A DNA stretch of 18,989 bases. It comes from an uncultured bacterium (GTDB lineage: Bacteria > CSSED10-310 > CAZUFC01). Numbering within the stretch: position 1 is the stretch's first letter; every line of letters begins with the position of its first letter. The notes under the pieces were generated by a model, which saw only the letters and a program-made list of their open reading frames with translations, made no database searches and had not been told where the DNA came from. A program made the translations under genes and the position numbers. The stretch lies in contig CAZUFC010000145.1 of NCBI GenBank assembly GCA_964619725.1, positions 1 to 18,989 on the forward strand, read 5' to 3'. Shown piece by piece: positions 15,549 to 18,989 of this stretch.

Positions 15549-18500
15549 ATGAATCGTATCTTTTTGTTTTCATTGGTTTTATTGATCTTTTCTTTTAGTT
15601 TTATCGTCCCTTTTGAGGTTAACGGTCAGACAGGAGACAGAGCGATGGTCAACTGCTGGCATATTCCCGACAGCTACGAGGCGTGCAACTTCAGCACAAG
15701 TATGCGGGTCCCCGTGACGCCTGACGATCCATCGGAGGCGGTATGGATTCATGTGGGCGTTTATCCGGTAGGAGGAGCGGAATCAGTAACCGTTTACTAC
15801 CGGGAATCTTCGGCCTCGTTGTGGAGCAGCGCTGGGGCTGACTGGGAGTGCAATTTCAGCAACAACGATTACTGGGGCGAAGGCATACCCGGCGACACGG
15901 CGGAATGGGAGGAGACGATAGAGTATTACATCAAGGTAACGAAATCGGGGATGGACGACACCTACATATACAACGGCAATACTAAGACGACCGATCAGCA
16001 GACGGCGCGAAGCGATCCTTACGCATTCTCATATCCGGCGGCGCCGACGGCTATACCGACGGAGACGCCGGAAGGTACAGTGACGCCAGAGCCGACACAG
16101 GAACCTTCGCCCACGGCGACGCCTGATCCGACGGTCAATTGCTGGCATATACCGGACAGTATGGAAGCGTGCAACGACTCAACGACGATGCGGGTACCTG
16201 AGACGCCGACGAATCCTTCTGAAGCGGTATGGATTCATACGGGCGTATATCCTGTTGAAGGCGCTGACAGCGTGACGTTTTATTACCGTGAAGCTACGGA
16301 GCCGTCCTGGTCGAGCGAGACAGCATCCTGGGAATGCAATTACCTGGACAACGATTACTGGGGCGAAGGCATACCTGGGGACACTGGCGTGTGGGGCGAG
16401 ACGATTGAGTATTACATTAAAGTGGTTAAAACGGATCATAGCGATACGTTTATTTACAACGGCAACATGAAGACCGATGAGGAGGCGACGGCGCAGTCCG
16501 ATCCTTTTGAGTTTTCATACGGAAACGAACCGACGCCGGCGGCGACCCCGACCCCCGGAATGACGCCCTGCGGATATACCGAACTCCAGAATCCATCGTT
16601 TGAAGCTGTTTCCGATCTTGACTACTGGACGGAAGTAGGCACGGCTTCCTCCATTTTAAAATCAGACGAGCAAAGCCATGACGGCGATTATTCCTGCAAA
16701 TTCGACAATCCGACAAGCAGTTACAGCGGCAGGGGCGTCCTGTCCAGTTGCATAGCAGTAACGCCGGAAACTCATTACGAAATGTCGGGCTGGTTCTACG
16801 TGGCCGGGGAAGCCGGAGCGATTGATGATACTCAGTTCCGTTTCCGGCTGGAATGGCGTGATTCTTCCGATACGGTCATTTCGACCTATCCCGGCGCTGC
16901 AGGCTGGTCGCTTTCAGCCTTCGACGCGTGGGAAAACAAGACATTTTCGGATATGGAAGCGCCGGCGGAAGCGACGCATGTCGTTTTGCTGATAGAATGC
17001 CAGGAGAGCGTCAACAACAACAATGACTGCTATATCGACGACTTTTCATTCGGCGAATACACAGCGCCGACGCCGACGGTTTCGCCGGTACCGACAATCA
17101 ACTGCTGGCATATTCCAGACAGCCAAGAAGCCTGCAACGACTCGACGACCATGCGGGTGCCCGAAATGCCGTCGAATCCCTCTGAAGCGGTATGGATTCA
17201 TACAGGGGTTTACCCGGTTCAGGGCGCGGACAGCGTGACGATATATTATCGTGAGTCGACGGAACCCTCCTGGTCCAGCGAAATAGCGGCCTGGGAATGC
17301 AATTACCAGGACAATGATTACTGGGGCGAAGGCATACCCGGGGATACTGCGACCTGGAACGAAACAGTTCAGTATTACATCAAAGTAACGAAAGACGGAT
17401 TCGACGACGTTTTCATCTACGACGACAATATGAGAACACTTGATGAGGGAACGGCGCAGGCCGATCCTTACGAATTCGCTTACGGCGATCAACCCACTCC
17501 CGAACCGACCGGCACTCCGGGAGCGACAATGACGCCGGAACCGACGGCGACTATGCATGTTCTTCCCACGGTCAACTGCTGGCACATTCCCGACAGTATG
17601 GAAGCCTGTAACGATTCCACTACCATGCGCGTGCCCGAAATGCCGACGAATCCTTCGGAAGCCGTATGGATTCATACGGGAATATATCCGGTGGAAGGCG
17701 CAGACGCTGTAACGATTTATTATCGTGAATCGATGGAACCGTCCTGGTCGAGCGAGATAGCGGCCTGGGAATGCAATTATATGGAGAACGATTACTGGGG
17801 CGAAGGCATACCCGGCGATACCGCGACCTGGAACGAAACGATTCAATACTACATTAAAGTAACCAAGACCGATCATCAGGATACTTTCATCTACAACGGC
17901 AATGTCAAAACCGTGCTGGAATCCGAAGCTCAGGCCGATCCTTACTCCTTCGTTTTCGGCGACGAACCGACTCCTGGACCGACGCAGACGCCCGGCCCGA
18001 CCGGTACGCCCGGTTTTACCTGTGACTACGCTGAACTGCAGAATCCATCTTTTGAAGCTGTTCCCGACCTGGATTACTGGACGAAAGTCGGCACGGCTTC
18101 CTCTATATTGAAGTCGGACGAACAGAGCTACGACGGCGATTATTCCTGCAAATTCGACAATCCGACAAGCAGCTACGGCGGCCGCGGAGTCCTGTCGAGC
18201 TGCATAACGGTTACTCCGGGAACTCATTACGAAATGTCAGGATGGTTCTACGTAGTCGGAGACGCCGGCGCTATTGAGGATACGCAGTTCCGTTTCCGGG
18301 TTGAATGGCGAGATTCTTCCGATACGGTCATTTCGACGCATCCCGGTTCAACCGGCTGGTCGCTTTCAGACTTCGACGGCTGGGAAAACAAGACCTTTTC
18401 GGATATGGAAGCCCCGGCCGAAGCCGCACACGTCTATTTGCTGATCGAATGCCAGGAAAGCGTGAACAACAATAACGACTGCTATATCGACGATTTCTCG

Positions 18501-18989
18501 TTCCTCGAATATATCGCTCCGACCCCGACTGTCACACCGATACCCACCATCAACTGCTGGCACATTCCCGACAGCCTGGAAGCCTGCAACGACTCGACGA
18601 CCATGCGCGTGCCCGAAACGCCGACGAATCCCTCCGAAGCCGTTTGGATTCATACCGGAGTTTATCCTGTTGGAGGAGCCGACAGCGTGACGATCTATTA
18701 TCGTGAATCGACTGAACCGTCCTGGTCGAGTGAATCAGCGGCCTGGGAATGCAATTACCTGGATAACGACTACTGGGGTGAAGGCATACCCGGCGATGTC
18801 GCTGCCTGGAATGAAACCGTGCAGTATTACGTCCAGGTCACGAAGGACGGCTTTGATGACGTTTATATTCACAACGGCAATATGAGAACGCTGGATGAGG
18901 GAACAGCTCAGGCCGATCCCTACGAATTCACTTTCGGCGATCAACCCACTCCCGGACCCACCGGCACTCCCGAATATACCGCAACTCCG
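15549..18989 (+). CDS. Very large secreted repeat protein, 3'-truncated by the window (>=1147 codons): five CBM34-like domains and two CBM4/9-like domains separated by Pro/Thr linkers
   Basis: SD GGAGGT (15537-15542), ATG 15549, signal peptide MNRIFLFSLVLLIFSFSFIVPFEVNG. Read by hand: no stop seen, and the five NCWHIPDS repeat starts (15651, 16137, 17100, 17574, 18552) are all in one frame. Absent from the ORF track, presumably because there is no stop codon in the window. Confidence 0.93.
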   Translation, partial: MNRIFLFSLVLLIFSFSFIVPFEVNGQTGDRAMVNCWHIPDSYEACNFSTSMRVPVTPDDPSEAVWIHVGVYPVGGAESVTVYYRESSASLWSSAGADWECNFSNNDYWGEGIPGDTAEWEETIEYYIKVTKSGMDDTYIYNGNTKTTDQQTARSDPYAFSYPAAPTAIPTETPEGTVTPEPTQEPSPTATPDPTVNCWHIPDSMEACNDSTTMRVPETPTNPSEAVWIHTGVYPVEGADSVTFYYREATEPSWSSETASWECNYLDNDYWGEGIPGDTGVWGETIEYYIKVVKTDHSDTFIYNGNMKTDEEATAQSDPFEFSYGNEPTPAATPTPGMTPCGYTELQNPSFEAVSDLDYWTEVGTASSILKSDEQSHDGDYSCKFDNPTSSYSGRGVLSSCIAVTPETHYEMSGWFYVAGEAGAIDDTQFRFRLEWRDSSDTVISTYPGAAGWSLSAFDAWENKTFSDMEAPAEATHVVLLIECQESVNNNNDCYIDDFSFGEYTAPTPTVSPVPTINCWHIPDSQEACNDSTTMRVPEMPSNPSEAVWIHTGVYPVQGADSVTIYYRESTEPSWSSEIAAWECNYQDNDYWGEGIPGDTATWNETVQYYIKVTKDGFDDVFIYDDNMRTLDEGTAQADPYEFAYGDQPTPEPTGTPGATMTPEPTATMHVLPTVNCWHIPDSMEACNDSTTMRVPEMPTNPSEAVWIHTGIYPVEGADAVTIYYRESMEPSWSSEIAAWECNYMENDYWGEGIPGDTATWNETIQYYIKVTKTDHQDTFIYNGNVKTVLESEAQADPYSFVFGDEPTPGPTQTPGPTGTPGFTCDYAELQNPSFEAVPDLDYWTKVGTASSILKSDEQSYDGDYSCKFDNPTSSYGGRGVLSSCITVTPGTHYEMSGWFYVVGDAGAIEDTQFRFRVEWRDSSDTVISTHPGSTGWSLSDFDGWENKTFSDMEAPAEAAHVYLLIECQESVNNNNDCYIDDFSFLEYIAPTPTVTPIPTINCWHIPDSLEACNDSTTMRVPETPTNPSEAVWIHTGVYPVGGADSVTIYYRESTEPSWSSESAAWECNYLDNDYWGEGIPGDVAAWNETVQYYVQVTKDGFDDVYIHNGNMRTLDEGTAQADPYEFTFGDQPTPGPTGTPEYTATP
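15651..18938 (+). repeat. Intragenic hierarchical repeats A1-A2-B1-A3-A4-B2-A5
   Basis: A (~128 aa): 15651-16034, 16137-16520, 17100-17483, 17574-17957, 18552-18935. B (~164 aa): 16569-17060, 18021-18512. B1->B2 and A3->A5 are both offset by 1452 bp. Confidence 0.93.

Noticed and set aside
17046-18227. 393-aa minus-strand ORF and the other short ORFs in 16179-18944
   Set aside because: These are antisense or off-frame shadows of the repetitive plus-strand gene starting at 15549, which has an SD, a signal peptide and coherent domains.
15651-18938. Diversity-generating retroelement TR/VR pair among the repeats
   Set aside because: All copies are in-frame coding domains, differences are not confined to adenines, and no reverse transcriptase is present.

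Overview
This is a bacterial window, probably from a diderm organism because it encodes a TonB-dependent receptor. It is dominated by large, acidic, secreted modular proteins with Pro/Thr linkers. These are an LTD-domain protein (325-2499), a beta-propeller protein (3461-4741), a protein with three OB-fold-type repeats (4905-6908), a KP-43-like S8 protease (10087-14307, -) and a >1147-codon repeat protein (15549 to window end). The two genes at 3461-6908 end in IPTL-CTERM-like tails. The ORF track missed the 15549 gene, which has an A-A-B-A-A-B-A architecture (A resembles CBM34, B resembles CBM4/9). Also present are a TonB-dependent receptor, a ComB-family phosphatase and an AT-rich hicB-hicA toxin-antitoxin module. 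That module is flanked by 20-bp direct repeats, has a tandemly duplicated -35 element, and its HicA lacks the canonical GSH histidine. Intergenic spaces hold a frameshifted IS200/IS605-type (Y1) tnpA remnant, several distinct palindromic MITE-like elements and two short-unit tandem repeats. All family assignments come from recognising motifs by eye; no searches were run.
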